Sequence record: SRR20825006_1933
DNA: 64,000 nt
Reading direction: 5' to 3' (one strand)
Shown piece after piece: positions 9,519 through 20,240 of this stretch. The notes below the pieces were generated by a model. It saw only the letters and a list, made by a program, of their open reading frames with translations, was not told the origin of the DNA and searched no databases. The number at the start of each line of letters is the position of its first letter. Position 1 is the stretch's first letter. Made by a program: the position numbers and the translations under genes.

Positions 9519-10715
9519 ATGTCCAGCTTCAAACGCCTTGCCGATGCCGGCGATCTGACCGGCAAGACCGCGCTTGTCCGAGTCGACTTCAACGTGCCCA
9601 TGGAAAACGGCCTCGTCACCGATGACACGCGCCTGCGGGCCGCCATTGATACGGTGCAAACCCTGCGCACCCAGGGCGCCAAGGTCGCCCTGCTCGCACA
9701 TTTCGGCCGCCCCAAGGGTGAGCGCGTTGCAGACATGAGCCTTGCGCCGATTGCAGGCGCCTTCGCCAAAGTGCTCGGCTCGAATGTCAGCTTTATCGCC
9801 GACTGCAAGGGCGAGCATGTGAAGCAGGCCATTGCTGATCTCGACCCTGCCGGCGTGATCCTTCTGGAGAACACCCGCTTCTATGCAGGCGAGGAAAAAG
9901 GCGACCCGGAACTGGCGAAAGAAATCGCCGCACTCGGCGACATCTACGTCAATGATGCCTTCTCGGCCGCCCACCGCAAGCATGTCTCTACGGCTGTACT
10001 CGCGACCCTCCTGCCCGCCTATGCAGGCGTGAACATGGAAGCTGAACTCGACGCGCTCGACAAGGCGCTCGGCACGCCGGAACGTCCCGTGCTGGCTGTG
10101 GTCGGCGGCGCGAAAGTCTCTTCCAAGATCGACCTTCTGAAGAACCTTGTTACCCAGGTCGACTCGCTGGCGATCGGCGGCGGCATGGCCAACACATTCC
10201 TGGCCGCGCAGGGGATCAGTGTCGGCAAGTCCCTCTGCGAGCATGATCTCGCTGAGACCGCCCGCGAGATCATGCAGGTCGCTAAAGAAAACAATTGCAA
10301 TATCCTGCTTCCGGTCGATGTTGTTGTCGCGAAGGACTTCAAGGCTCACGCCGAGAACCGCACCTGCGCAACGGATGAGGTCGCAGACGATGAGATGATC
10401 CTCGACGCTGGCGTCAGGACGATCGCACAGCTGGTTGCCGCGATGGGCAACTCAAAGACACTGGTCTGGAACGGGCCGCTCGGCGCGTTCGAACTGACCC
10501 CTTTTGACAAGGCCACCGTTGCAGCAGCCCAAGCTGCGGGTATCCGCGCAAGTGACGGCAAGCTGATCGCCGTCGCCGGAGGCGGCGATACCGTTGCCGC
10601 GCTCAATCATGCCGAGGCCGCCGACGAGTTCACCTTCGTCTCAACCGCTGGCGGCGCCTTCCTTGAATGGATGGAAGGCAAGCCCCTGCCCGGTGTGGAA
10701 GCTCTCAAAGCCTGA
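9519..10715 (+). CDS. pgk: Phosphoglycerate kinase
   Basis: [28 protein letters not shown] and WNGPLGAFE motifs; SD GGAGG before ATG 9519. Confidence 0.98.
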   Translation: MSSFKRLADAGDLTGKTALVRVDFNVPMENGLVTDDTRLRAAIDTVQTLRTQGAKVALLAHFGRPKGERVADMSLAPIAGAFAKVLGSNVSFIADCKGEHVKQAIADLDPAGVILLENTRFYAGEEKGDPELAKEIAALGDIYVNDAFSAAHRKHVSTAVLATLLPAYAGVNMEAELDALDKALGTPERPVLAVVGGAKVSSKIDLLKNLVTQVDSLAIGGGMANTFLAAQGISVGKSLCEHDLAETAREIMQVAKENNCNILLPVDVVVAKDFKAHAENRTCATDEVADDEMILDAGVRTIAQLVAAMGNSKTLVWNGPLGAFELTPFDKATVAAAQAAGIRASDGKLIAVAGGGDTVAALNHAEAADEFTFVSTAGGAFLEWMEGKPLPGVEALKA

Positions 10716-10815
10716 TCCCTTTTGAGACAGCCTGCGGCAAATCGCGCAGGCGGCTGCAAATGACAACGTTCTCATCGGTTTGCTGCGCGGCGTCAGAAAA
10801 AATTGATGTTCCAGA

Positions 10816-10829
10816 TGAAATCGATTTCA
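10816..10829. promoter_or_regulatory. LacI-family-type operator palindrome upstream of fba
   Basis: Perfect palindrome TGAAATCGATTTCA; a second near-palindrome TGACAACGTTCTCA lies at 10761-10774. Confidence 0.55.
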
Positions 10830-11013
10830 GGCCCTGAATCCCACACGTCTCTGGCAGTCCTTTCCCCCGAAACTGCCCGTACTGCCTGAGATTCGGGCGG
10901 GTGCGAGCGCGCTCACATCAATCCTTGTCAGCCTGTTGACCCAGAAGACAGGCACGGTACTTGAATGCAAAGTTTGCAAATTCCACGCATGCAAGGGACG
11001 CCCCGTTAAAATC

Positions 11014-11907
11014 ATGACCAATCCTCAAATGGCCCGGCAGATTGCCGACAAGAATGGCTTCATCGCAGCGCTTGACCAGTCGGGTGGCTCCACCCCCAAG
11101 GCTCTGCGCCTCTACGGCGTGAACGAAGACGCCTATTCCAATGACGAAGAAATGTTCGGCCTGATCCATGAGATGCGTGCCCGCATCATCAAGGCACCAG
11201 CCTTCAATGGCGAAAAGGTCATTGGCGCGATCCTGTTTGAACGCACCATGGATGGCGAAGTCGATGGCACGCCAACCGCCGAATACCTCTGGAACGCCCA
11301 TCAGGTCGTTCCCTTCCTGAAAGTCGACAAAGGCCTCGCAGACGAAGCCAATGGCGTCCAGATGATGAAGCCGATGCCGGACCTCGATCACCTGCTCGAA
11401 CGCGCGGTCGGCAAGGGTATCTTCGGCACCAAGATGCGCTCGGTTATCAATGCCGCCAATCAGGAAGGCATCGCTGCCATCGTTGCACAGCAGTTTGACG
11501 TTGGCCGCCAGATCCTGGGCCACGGCCTGATGCCGATCATCGAGCCTGAGGTCACGATCACGATTGCCGACAAGGCCGAGGCCGAGGATATTCTCCTGGC
11601 CGAGATCACCAAGCAGCTCGACGCGCTGGGCGAGGACAAGCGGGTAATGCTGAAACTGTCCCTGCCGACCAAAGCAAACCAGTACAAGTCGCTGGTCGAT
11701 CATCCGCGCGTGATGCGCGTTGTCGCGCTTTCCGGTGGATATTCTCGCGAAGATGCCTGCGCCAAGCTTGCCAATAACTCCGGCATGATTGCCAGCTTCT
11801 CCCGCGCCCTGACCGAAGGCCTCTCGGCCCAGCAAAGCGACGAAGAGTTCAATTCCACGCTTGCCGCCACGATTGATCGCATTTGTGCGGCATCCAGCGC
11901 CGGATAG
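11014..11907 (+). CDS. fbaB: Class I fructose-bisphosphate aldolase
   Basis: GFIAALDQSGGSTPKAL, FLKVDKGL, PIIEPEV and VALSGGYSR motifs. Confidence 0.93.
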   Translation: MTNPQMARQIADKNGFIAALDQSGGSTPKALRLYGVNEDAYSNDEEMFGLIHEMRARIIKAPAFNGEKVIGAILFERTMDGEVDGTPTAEYLWNAHQVVPFLKVDKGLADEANGVQMMKPMPDLDHLLERAVGKGIFGTKMRSVINAANQEGIAAIVAQQFDVGRQILGHGLMPIIEPEVTITIADKAEAEDILLAEITKQLDALGEDKRVMLKLSLPTKANQYKSLVDHPRVMRVVALSGGYSREDACAKLANNSGMIASFSRALTEGLSAQQSDEEFNSTLAATIDRICAASSAG

Positions 11908-11947
11908 GCCGGGTTTGTCCTAGACTCGCGCCTGACGCGAAAGCAAA

Positions 11948-11982
11948 GTGCCGCCCATGTTAAACATGAGGCGGCATTTTTT
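11948..11982 (+). terminator. Intrinsic terminator after fba
   Basis: TGCCGCC-CATGT...ACATG-A-GGCGGCA followed by TTTTTT. Confidence 0.75.
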
Positions 11983-12011
11983 GTTCGCCAATCGATTGGG
12001 GACTTAAAGGC

Positions 12012-14120
12012 ATGATTAAACACACCGTAACAGGCGCGGTATCCGCGCTGACGCTCCTGGCGGCTGCTTCTTGCATGGCAACCGTCGAGCCGACAGCGTT
12101 GGAACAGGCAGAGGCAAACACGCCTAGCCTGCAGGACGAAGCCAGCGCGATGCTGGCCGAGCTCGTCGTCAATCCGGCCTCTGCGGAAGTGTTCGAATCC
12201 CGTTGCGAGAATGCGATGCTGCTCGCCGGAAAGTTCATCACCGATCTTGAAACCCGCGACACGCCGCCCGGTGTTCAGGACATTCAGGATTTTGACCTGC
12301 TGACAAATATCGCCTTTTCGGTTGGCTATGGAGAAGCGGCTATCGTGGCCGAAGCAAACCCGGACGAAGCGTTGAGGGAAGTCGGCAGCGCATGTCAGGA
12401 AGACACAGCCAGCATCATCTCGACGCTCTCCCTGTCCGGCCCCATCTACGAACGCATGGTCGCGATTGATGCCGACGCCCTCGATGATCGCTCCGCCCTC
12501 ATGTTGTCCCGCATTCTGAGAGACTATCGGCGCAGCGGTGTCGACAAGGACGAAGCGACGCGAACGCGCGTAGAGGAACTGAACGCCGAACTGGCGGAGA
12601 TCAGCACTGAGTTCAGCAAAAACCTCCGCGAAATTGTCGGACAGGTCGAAGTCGATTCAGTCGACGCGCTGGAGGGACTGCCACAGGATTATATCGACGC
12701 CCACACGCCCAATGAGGATGGCAAGATCGTCATCACGACCAACTATCCGGACCTGATGCCTGTCTTCAACTACTCCCCGAACGAAGACTTGAAGAAATCC
12801 CTCTTCATTGCCTCGGCCAACCGTGCGTATCCGGAGAATGTAGAGCCACTCCGGAAACTGCTCGAGAAGCGCTACGAACTTGCACAATTGCTGGGCTATG
12901 AAAATTACGCAGCCTATATCACCGAAGACAAGATGACGGGCTCGCCAGAGGTTGCCATCGACTTCCTCGACGGTGTCGAAGCCGCCGCCCGAAACGCCGC
13001 TGAAATCGAATACGAACGCCTGCTGGCTTTTCAACAAAACAGTAATCCCGACGCGACGCAGGTCAGCCAGTGGCACAGCGGCTATCTTTCGGAACAGATT
13101 CGCCAAACCGACTATGCGCTCGACGCCCAGGAAGTGCGCCAGTACTTCGCCTACAATGACGTTCGGTCAGGCATATTTTCGTTGGTACAGGACCTGTTCG
13201 AAGTCGAGATACGTGACTGGACCGATGCTCCGATTTGGCAGGAAACCGTAACCGCTCACGAAATCTACAAGGATGGCGAACTGGTCGGCCGTTTCTTCCT
13301 CGACATGCATCCCCGCGAGGGCAAGTTCAAACACGCGGCCGCCTTCCCCATTCGGTTCGGCCCAACATCTGAAGGCGTGCCAGTTGCCTCACTGATGTGC
13401 AACTTCCCTGCGGGCGATCATACGACCGGTCTGATGGAGCATAGACAGGTCGAAACCTTCCTCCATGAATTCGGCCACCTCATCCATGCGATGTTCTCTG
13501 GCCAACCAGACTACGCCGATCTCAGCATGAGCAGCCTTGAATGGGATTTCATTGAAGCCCCGTCACAGATGCTGGAAAACTGGGTGTGGGATTATGATAC
13601 GCTGGCAAAGTTCGCCGTAAACTCCGACGGCGAAATCATTCCCGTCGAACTGGTCGAGAAGATGAACGCCGCGCGTGACTTCGGCACCGGCCTCGGCACG
13701 CTCCGTCAGCTGACCTATGCCGGCGTCTCGATGAATTACTATAATCGCCCACCCTCTGAGGTCGATTTCGAGAAGATCTGGCTTGAACAGGAAGCTGGCC
13801 TCAGCCCGTTCGAGACCCTGCCGGACCTCCATCGGTATGCCAGCTTTGGGCACCTCGATGGCTATTCTGCGATCTACTACACTTATCAATGGTCACTCGC
13901 GATCGCGACAGACATGTTCAAGCAGTTCGAAGCAAACGGCTTGCGCGACGAAGTCACCGCTGAACGCTATCGGGAACTGGTCCTGAGCGCCGGATCATCA
14001 AAACCGGCCGCCGAACTCGTGCATGATTTCCTTGGGCGCGATTGGTCGCCTAAAGCGTATGAGCAGCACTTGATCGACGCCGCGGCGTCCGCACCCAGTG
14101 TGGAAGCTGAAAAGGACTAG
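12012..14120 (+). CDS. M3-family (thimet oligopeptidase-like) metallopeptidase, probable lipoprotein
   Basis: HEFGH zinc motif, DMHPREGK, WDFIEAPSQMLENW; N-terminal signal with a lipobox-like LLAAASC. Confidence 0.92.
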   Translation: MIKHTVTGAVSALTLLAAASCMATVEPTALEQAEANTPSLQDEASAMLAELVVNPASAEVFESRCENAMLLAGKFITDLETRDTPPGVQDIQDFDLLTNIAFSVGYGEAAIVAEANPDEALREVGSACQEDTASIISTLSLSGPIYERMVAIDADALDDRSALMLSRILRDYRRSGVDKDEATRTRVEELNAELAEISTEFSKNLREIVGQVEVDSVDALEGLPQDYIDAHTPNEDGKIVITTNYPDLMPVFNYSPNEDLKKSLFIASANRAYPENVEPLRKLLEKRYELAQLLGYENYAAYITEDKMTGSPEVAIDFLDGVEAAARNAAEIEYERLLAFQQNSNPDATQVSQWHSGYLSEQIRQTDYALDAQEVRQYFAYNDVRSGIFSLVQDLFEVEIRDWTDAPIWQETVTAHEIYKDGELVGRFFLDMHPREGKFKHAAAFPIRFGPTSEGVPVASLMCNFPAGDHTTGLMEHRQVETFLHEFGHLIHAMFSGQPDYADLSMSSLEWDFIEAPSQMLENWVWDYDTLAKFAVNSDGEIIPVELVEKMNAARDFGTGLGTLRQLTYAGVSMNYYNRPPSEVDFEKIWLEQEAGLSPFETLPDLHRYASFGHLDGYSAIYYTYQWSLAIATDMFKQFEANGLRDEVTAERYRELVLSAGSSKPAAELVHDFLGRDWSPKAYEQHLIDAAASAPSVEAEKD

Positions 14121-14125
14121 CAGTG

Positions 14126-14359
14126 ATGTTGGAGATGCGTCCGAACTGTGAACGCTGCGATACCGATTTGCCGCCGGATGAAGCCGGAGCGTTTATCTGC
14201 TCGTTCGAATGCACGTTCTGCTCTGATTGCATGGACGGTCCTCTCGATGGTCGCTGCCCGAACTGCGGCGGCGACCTCGAGCCCCGGCCGATGCGGCGCG
14301 GCAAGCCACTCGACGCCTACCCCGCCAGCACGCAGCGGGTTTTGAAGACTTCCGGCTAG
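14126..14359 (+). CDS. DUF1272 Cys-rich protein
   Basis: MLEMRPNCERC..ICSFECTFC..C..CPNCGGDL..RP pattern. Confidence 0.88.
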   Translation: MLEMRPNCERCDTDLPPDEAGAFICSFECTFCSDCMDGPLDGRCPNCGGDLEPRPMRRGKPLDAYPASTQRVLKTSG

Positions 14360-14385
14360 GCACGCCCTGCGCTATAGCGCGCGCC

Positions 14386-15066
14386 ATGAGCAAGACCGAA
14401 GACTATGTCCGCCCGCGCACGCGGCTTTACCTGATAACTCCGCCCCGCATCGAAGATGTGGAGGGCTTTGCAGCCCTATTGGAAACGGCATTGTCAGCGG
14501 GCGATGTCGCCTGTCTCCAACTGCGCCTGAAGGCTGATACCGGCGAGATCGACGTCGACGCCACCCGCGCCGTTGGCGCAGCCGTTACAGAAATGGCCCA
14601 GGCCTACGGCGTTGCCGTGCTGGTCAATGACAGCGCCGAACTTGCCGTCGAGATAGGTGCAGATGGCGTTCATGTCGGGATGGATGACATGCCGGTCAAG
14701 AAAGCCCGGGAGATCGTCGGCCCGGACATGATTGTCGGCGCAACCGCCAAGAACTCACGTCATGCTGCCATGCAGGCATGCGAGGCTGGCGCAGATTATG
14801 TCGCCTTTGGTGCGTTCTTCCCGACCCGTACCAAGACCGGTACGGTCGAGGCGAATCCGGACCTTCTGGAAATATGGCAGGAAAGCATGGAAGTGCCCTG
14901 TGTCGCGATTGGTGGCATCACAGTCGAAAACGCCGAGCCGCTCGCTGTAGCTGGCGCTGATTTTCTCGCGGTCTCATCCGGGGTCTGGGATCATCCTGAA
15001 GGCGCGCCGGTAGCGATTGCCCACTTCAATGCGCTTCTTGACCGGCTCGATGCATCGAAGGCCTGA
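14386..15066 (+). CDS. thiE: Thiamine-phosphate synthase
   Basis: LQLRLK, VND, ADGVHVG, GADYVAFG and VAIGGI motifs. Confidence 0.92.
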   Translation: MSKTEDYVRPRTRLYLITPPRIEDVEGFAALLETALSAGDVACLQLRLKADTGEIDVDATRAVGAAVTEMAQAYGVAVLVNDSAELAVEIGADGVHVGMDDMPVKKAREIVGPDMIVGATAKNSRHAAMQACEAGADYVAFGAFFPTRTKTGTVEANPDLLEIWQESMEVPCVAIGGITVENAEPLAVAGADFLAVSSGVWDHPEGAPVAIAHFNALLDRLDASKA

Positions 15067-15184
15067 CGCTGCAAGCTCGCTGTAAAACCCTGCATGAACC
15101 GGTCCCGCATTAACACTCCGCCCGCTTGACCGTTTCGGGCCAAAGGCTTACGCCCCCGCCAAACCTTCAAAAGGACACGCCCCA

Positions 15185-15751
15185 ATGGTCAAGATCAATG
15201 GTAATGAAATCAAGCCCGGCAACGTCATCGAGCATGACGGCACGGTCTGGCGCGCCCTGAAGACGGCGTCGGTCAAGCCCGGCAAGGGCGGCGCGTTCAA
15301 TCAGGTCGAATTGCGCAACCTGCTGAATGGATCGAAATCGAACGTGCGCTTCCGTTCTTCCGAGACCGTTGAGAAGGTCCGTCTGGAGCAGAAAGACCAT
15401 CAATTCCTGTTTGCGGACGATGACGCTTTCACCTTCATGGACCAGGAAAGCTTTGAACAGATCGCGATCCAGCGAGACTTTATCGGCGACCAGGGCGCTT
15501 TCTTGCAGGACGGCATGACCGTCTCCATTGAGTTTTATGGCGAGACGCCGATTGGTGTTGATCTGCCGGAACAGGTGATCCTCGAAGTTCAGGAAACCGA
15601 GCCGGTTGTGAAAGGCCAGACGGCTGCCAACAGCTTCAAACCCGCAATCTGTGACGGCGGCGTCCGGGTCATGGTTCCGCCCTTTGTCGGCACCGGCGAA
15701 CGCATTGTCGTCCAGACAGCCGATTCCACTTATCTCCGTCGCTCCGACTAG
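15185..15751 (+). CDS. efp: Elongation factor P
   Basis: VKPGKGGAF loop; [13 protein letters not shown]. Confidence 0.97.
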   Translation: MVKINGNEIKPGNVIEHDGTVWRALKTASVKPGKGGAFNQVELRNLLNGSKSNVRFRSSETVEKVRLEQKDHQFLFADDDAFTFMDQESFEQIAIQRDFIGDQGAFLQDGMTVSIEFYGETPIGVDLPEQVILEVQETEPVVKGQTAANSFKPAICDGGVRVMVPPFVGTGERIVVQTADSTYLRRSD

Positions 15752-15759
15752 GAACTCCC

Positions 15760-16578
15760 ATGTCCAAACCCTCCCCCGTTGGCACCGTCATGATCGCCGC
15801 TGCACGTGCAGCTGGCCGTTCGCTTGCCCGTGATTTCGGCGAAGTCGAAAATCTGCAAGTGTCCAAGAAGGGCCCGGCAGACTTTGTCTCCAACGCCGAT
15901 CATCGCGCCGAAGAGATCATCTACTCAGCGCTCGCGAAGGCGCGGCCCGGCTATGGCTTTGTCATGGAAGAACGGGGCATTGTCGAAGGCACAGACAAGT
16001 CGAACAGATTCATCGTGGATCCTCTCGACGGTACGCTGAACTTCCTGCACGGCCAGCCGCACTATGCTGTCTCCATTGCGCTCGAGCGCGAAGGCAAGCT
16101 GTTGACCGGAGTGGTCTATGATGTCGCGAAGAACGAGATCTTCTGGGCTGAGACCGGACGCGGCGCATGGCTGGAGAACCGCAAGCTGCGTGTTGCCGCT
16201 CGCACCCGCCTCAATGAGGCTGTGGTGGCCACCGGAACGCCGTGGCACGGCAAAGCCGAAGAAATGCACGCGAATTTTGCCCGCGAAATGCTTGCGATGA
16301 CGCCCGCATGCGCTGGCATTCGCCGCTATGGCTCCGCAGCTCTGGATCTCGCTTACGTCGCCGCGGGACGGTTTGACGGATTCTGGGAGCGCGACCTGAA
16401 ACCCTGGGACATTGCTGCGGGCATCGTGCTGGTGCGCGAAGCGGGCGGAACCGTTGCCGAAATCGATGGCGGCGACTTCATGAAGACCGGCTCGGTTCTG
16501 GCTGCCAATGAAGAGCTCCATCCGTTGATCGAACAGCAGCTGCGCCATGCTGCGGCGTTCGCGCGGAAAGCGGACTAA
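15760..16578 (+). CDS. suhB: Inositol monophosphatase family protein (SuhB)
   Basis: DPLDGTLNFLHG, GSAALDLAYVAAGR and WDIAAG motifs. Confidence 0.92.
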   Translation: MSKPSPVGTVMIAAARAAGRSLARDFGEVENLQVSKKGPADFVSNADHRAEEIIYSALAKARPGYGFVMEERGIVEGTDKSNRFIVDPLDGTLNFLHGQPHYAVSIALEREGKLLTGVVYDVAKNEIFWAETGRGAWLENRKLRVAARTRLNEAVVATGTPWHGKAEEMHANFAREMLAMTPACAGIRRYGSAALDLAYVAAGRFDGFWERDLKPWDIAAGIVLVREAGGTVAEIDGGDFMKTGSVLAANEELHPLIEQQLRHAAAFARKAD

Positions 16579-16675
16579 ACCCTTCCCTAGCGGCAAGGCC
16601 TCCTGACACCAGAAAGATCGTGACACCCGCGTCATTTTTTGGCCTTATAGGCTGAAAAATGGGCAGGAAGCAGTC

Positions 16676-18172
16676 ATGATACATACCGATACCGACGTTC
16701 TCATCATCGGAGCGGGCCTTTCCGGCATCGGCGCCGCGGTTCATCTCGAAAAGAAGTGTCCAGGCCTCGGCTATCAGATATTCGAGCAGCGTGGCGCAAT
16801 TGGCGGCACTTGGGACCTGTTTCGCTATCCGGGCATTCGATCTGACAGCGACATGCATACGCTCGGTTACAACTTCAAACCGTGGACCGAAGCGAAGGCC
16901 ATTGCCGATGGGCCTTCGATCCGGAAATATGTCGCGGACACCGCCAACGAATATGGCGTCACACCCCACATCAAATTCAACACGGCCATCGTCGCCGCCA
17001 ACTGGTCCACGCCCGACCAAGCCTGGCATGTGACGCACGAGGATGAATTTGGTGCGCGTTCAATCACGACGTGTCGTTTCCTGTTCATGTGCGGCGGCTA
17101 CTACCGCTATGATGAGGGCTATCGGCCGGACTTCCCGGGCGAAGACGCCTTCAAGGGCCAATTCATTCATCCGCAGCATTGGCCGGAAGATCTCAACTAT
17201 TCCGGCAAGAAAGTCGTCATCATCGGATCTGGCGCGACCGCCATGACACTGGTGCCTGCCATGACCGACAAGGCTGCGCACGTCACCATGCTCCAGCGCT
17301 CGCCAACCTATGTTGTTTCGCGCCCGTCGGTAGACAAGTTCGCCAATTTCCTGCGCAAGATACTGCCTGACAGCTGGGCCTACTCCTTCATCCGCTGGCG
17401 GAATGTCCTGCTGCAGCAATTTTTCTTCAAACAGACCCGTTCAAATCCCGACAAGGCCCGCGAGCGGCTAATCGGCATGGTGAAAGAAGAACTCGGCCCG
17501 GACTATCCAGTCGAGACCCATTTCAATCCGTCCTATAACCCGTGGGAACAGCGGTTATGCCTCGTGCCGGATTCCGATCTTTTCAATGCGCTGAAGTCTG
17601 GCAAGGCGAGCGTCGAGACCGATCACATCGAGACGTTCACCCCCAACGGGATAAAGCTGAAATCCGGCAAGGAGATCGAGGCCGACATCGTCGTCACCGC
17701 GACCGGTCTGCAATTGCAGTTCATGAATGGCGTGGACGTGTCCGTTGATGGCACCCGCACCGATGCTGGACGGCTCTTGAACTATAAGGGCGTGATGCTC
17801 TCCAACATGCCAAATCTGGCGGTCACCTTCGGCTACACCAACGCCTCATGGACCCTGAAGGCCGACCTGACATCTGAATATGTCTGCCGCCTTCTGAACT
17901 ACATGGACCAGCATGGCTACACGTCGGCCATGCCGAAACTCGAACAATATCCCAACCAGACCGAACCGTTTGTGGACTTCTCATCCGGGTATTTCCAACG
18001 CGTCATGGACCAGTTCCCCCGCCAGCACACGGAAAAACCGTGGAAGCTGCACCAGAACTACAGCGCTGACGTCAAGAACCTGCGCCGCGGGCCAATCGCC
18101 GATGGCGTGATGGATTTCACAAAGGCCGAAGAGGCCGCCAGCAAGCCGCCCGTCTTGCAAGCCGCAGAATAG
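16676..18172 (+). CDS. Flavin-containing Baeyer-Villiger-type monooxygenase (EthA/AlmA-like)
   Basis: GAGLSG, GGTWDLFRYPGIRSDSD, FKGQFIHPQHWP fingerprint and GSGATA. Confidence 0.9.
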   Translation: MIHTDTDVLIIGAGLSGIGAAVHLEKKCPGLGYQIFEQRGAIGGTWDLFRYPGIRSDSDMHTLGYNFKPWTEAKAIADGPSIRKYVADTANEYGVTPHIKFNTAIVAANWSTPDQAWHVTHEDEFGARSITTCRFLFMCGGYYRYDEGYRPDFPGEDAFKGQFIHPQHWPEDLNYSGKKVVIIGSGATAMTLVPAMTDKAAHVTMLQRSPTYVVSRPSVDKFANFLRKILPDSWAYSFIRWRNVLLQQFFFKQTRSNPDKARERLIGMVKEELGPDYPVETHFNPSYNPWEQRLCLVPDSDLFNALKSGKASVETDHIETFTPNGIKLKSGKEIEADIVVTATGLQLQFMNGVDVSVDGTRTDAGRLLNYKGVMLSNMPNLAVTFGYTNASWTLKADLTSEYVCRLLNYMDQHGYTSAMPKLEQYPNQTEPFVDFSSGYFQRVMDQFPRQHTEKPWKLHQNYSADVKNLRRGPIADGVMDFTKAEEAASKPPVLQAAE

Positions 18173-18243
18173 CGTTTTGCTATATTTCTTTTGTCGAGCT
18201 CCCTATATTGAAAATACAGGGTCTTGATGAAGGGAACAAAGAT

Positions 18244-18402
18244 ATGTGGCTATGGCTGTTATGGTGGTGCGTAGACGATCATCTCGCGGCGGCGCTGGAT
18301 GCGCCGGGGCTGGGAGAACTGCCCATCTGGGTGCCGCTGGTTCTGTCACTTGCCTTCGCGTTCACGATTGATGGCAAGGTCAAGAAACTCCGCAAGAAAT
18401 AG
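18244..18402 (+). CDS. Small hypothetical membrane protein
   Basis: 52-aa ORF with SD-like AAGGGA, hydrophobic segments and a basic C-tail. Confidence 0.45.
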   Translation: MWLWLLWWCVDDHLAAALDAPGLGELPIWVPLVLSLAFAFTIDGKVKKLRKK

Positions 18403-18407
18403 GTGGG

Positions 18408-20240
18408 TCAACCCTCTGCAAACTGCAATTCGGCAAGGCGGGCATACAGGCCGCCCCTGGACACGAGTTCCTCGTGACTACCTTCCTCGACGATGCGTCC
18501 ATGTTCCATCACGATGATCCGGTCAGCCCGGCGCACCGTGGAGAGCCTGTGTGCGATCACCAGCGTGGTGCGGCCCTCGGCGGCGTTGGAAATGGCCCGG
18601 CGCACAGCCGCTTCGCTTTCGGAATCGAGCGCTGAGGTGGCTTCATCCAGCAGGAGCACCGGCGCATCGCGCACAAGCGCCCTGGCGAGCGCAATACGCT
18701 GACGCTGGCCGCCTGACAGACTCCTCCCCTTCTGGCCAAGATCCGTCGCAAGCCCGTCTTTTTCAGCCAGGAAGTCGAACGCTTCAGCCATGCGAGCAGC
18801 CTGCTCAAGCAGGGCCTCGTCAGGCGTGTCGGTACCAAAGCCGATATTCTGCGCTGCAGTGCCTGTGAACAACGCCGATTCCTGTGGCGCATAGGCAAAT
18901 TGCTGACGCCAGTCACGCGGATCAGCCTGCATGGCAGATACGCCGTCAAGCGTGACCGTGCCTGATGGCACATCGAATAGGCGCAATGCCAGGCGAAAGA
19001 CCGTAGTCTTGCCTGCGCCGCTCGGCCCGACAAGCGCCACAAACTCGCCCGGCTTTACCGACAGGGAGAAATGATCAAGCGCCGAGACAGCTTCATCGCC
19101 ATAGCGGAAAGTAACATCCTCAAAGGCAAGCGCGCCGGTCACCTTGCCCGGCAGGGCAACAGGGTTTTCTGGTGCGGTGATTTCGGGTTCAGCGTTCAGC
19201 ACTTCAGCGGCACGGTCGGCCGCGCCGGCCGCGCGCATGACTTCGCCATAGACTTCCGCCAGCATGCCAAAGCCCGATCCTGCATAAAGCGCGTAGAGCA
19301 CCATGGAGGCGAGATCGCCAAAGCTCATGGACCCAGTTGCGACGGCCCGCGCACCCATCCAGAGCACACCCACAAAGCCGCCAAACAGCAGCACAGAGAC
19401 CAAAACGATCATCAGCGACCGCGCCCCGATCCGGCGCATCGCCGCATCAAACGTCGCCTCGACCGCCTCGGTAAATGCTCCCAGCCGGCTTTGTTCCCGA
19501 TTATAGGCCTGAACCAGTTCGATTGCGTCTAGCGCCTCGGCAGCTTCCGCACCCGCATCCGCCAATCGTGACTGCGCCCGGTTCGACATCTTCCGGATCA
19601 CCCGGCCAATCGCCATGACGGGCAGAACGGCCACCGGCAACATGGCCAGCAAGGTGAGGCCGAGCTTCCAGTTCACGACCAGCATCATGGTCAGCGCGCC
19701 CGTGGTGGTCAGCAGCGTCCGTGCAGCCAATGACGCCGACGAGCCAAGAAAGGTTTCGATCAGCGTGATGTCTGCTGTCAGGCGCGACACCGCCTCGCCA
19801 GACCGCATCTGCGAATGATAGCGGGGCGACAGTTTCAGCAGGTGCGCATAAAGATCCTTGCGCAGGTCGGCCGCAATCCGTTCGCCAAAGCGTGACACGA
19901 AATAGAACCGGATCGCGCCAAGCACGCCTGACAGAATGGCCGCCAGCGCAACCCAGAGAAATGCGCGGTCGACCAGCGCCAACAATTCCTCGGCGCTGCC
20001 CTGCGCGGCCTGGCCCGCATCCGCGGCGCTGCCGAGCAGCAAAGGTATCGCGAGACTAACGGCCGCCGCCGCCACCAGGAATACGAGTGCGATGGACACG
20101 GTCACCCAATGACGGGCGACATAGGGCATCAGCAAGGCCAGTGGTTTCAACGACTTTGCCTTGGGCCGGTTGATCGCTTCGCCGCCTGCTGGTTCTGTTG
20201 CACGGCGGTCTTCTGTGAAGGAGCTGTCTGTATCGGTCAT
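18408..20240 (-). CDS. ABC exporter, fused permease/ATPase (MsbA-like)
   Basis: TM domain plus GPSGAGKT, LSGGQRQR, LLLDEATSALD and IAHRLST motifs. Confidence 0.95.
   Translation of the reverse strand: MTDTDSSFTEDRRATEPAGGEAINRPKAKSLKPLALLMPYVARHWVTVSIALVFLVAAAAVSLAIPLLLGSAADAGQAAQGSAEELLALVDRAFLWVALAAILSGVLGAIRFYFVSRFGERIAADLRKDLYAHLLKLSPRYHSQMRSGEAVSRLTADITLIETFLGSSASLAARTLLTTTGALTMMLVVNWKLGLTLLAMLPVAVLPVMAIGRVIRKMSNRAQSRLADAGAEAAEALDAIELVQAYNREQSRLGAFTEAVEATFDAAMRRIGARSLMIVLVSVLLFGGFVGVLWMGARAVATGSMSFGDLASMVLYALYAGSGFGMLAEVYGEVMRAAGAADRAAEVLNAEPEITAPENPVALPGKVTGALAFEDVTFRYGDEAVSALDHFSLSVKPGEFVALVGPSGAGKTTVFRLALRLFDVPSGTVTLDGVSAMQADPRDWRQQFAYAPQESALFTGTAAQNIGFGTDTPDEALLEQAARMAEAFDFLAEKDGLATDLGQKGRSLSGGQRQRIALARALVRDAPVLLLDEATSALDSESEAAVRRAISNAAEGRTTLVIAHRLSTVRRADRIIVMEHGRIVEEGSHEELVSRGGLYARLAELQFAEG

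Noticed and set aside
8397-10349. 650-aa antisense ORF across gap-pgk, and other long shadow ORFs (e.g. 3814-4845, 7116-8255, 10918-11835)
   Set aside because: They lie opposite or overlap clearly conserved genes and show no motifs. This is expected from high-GC codon bias.
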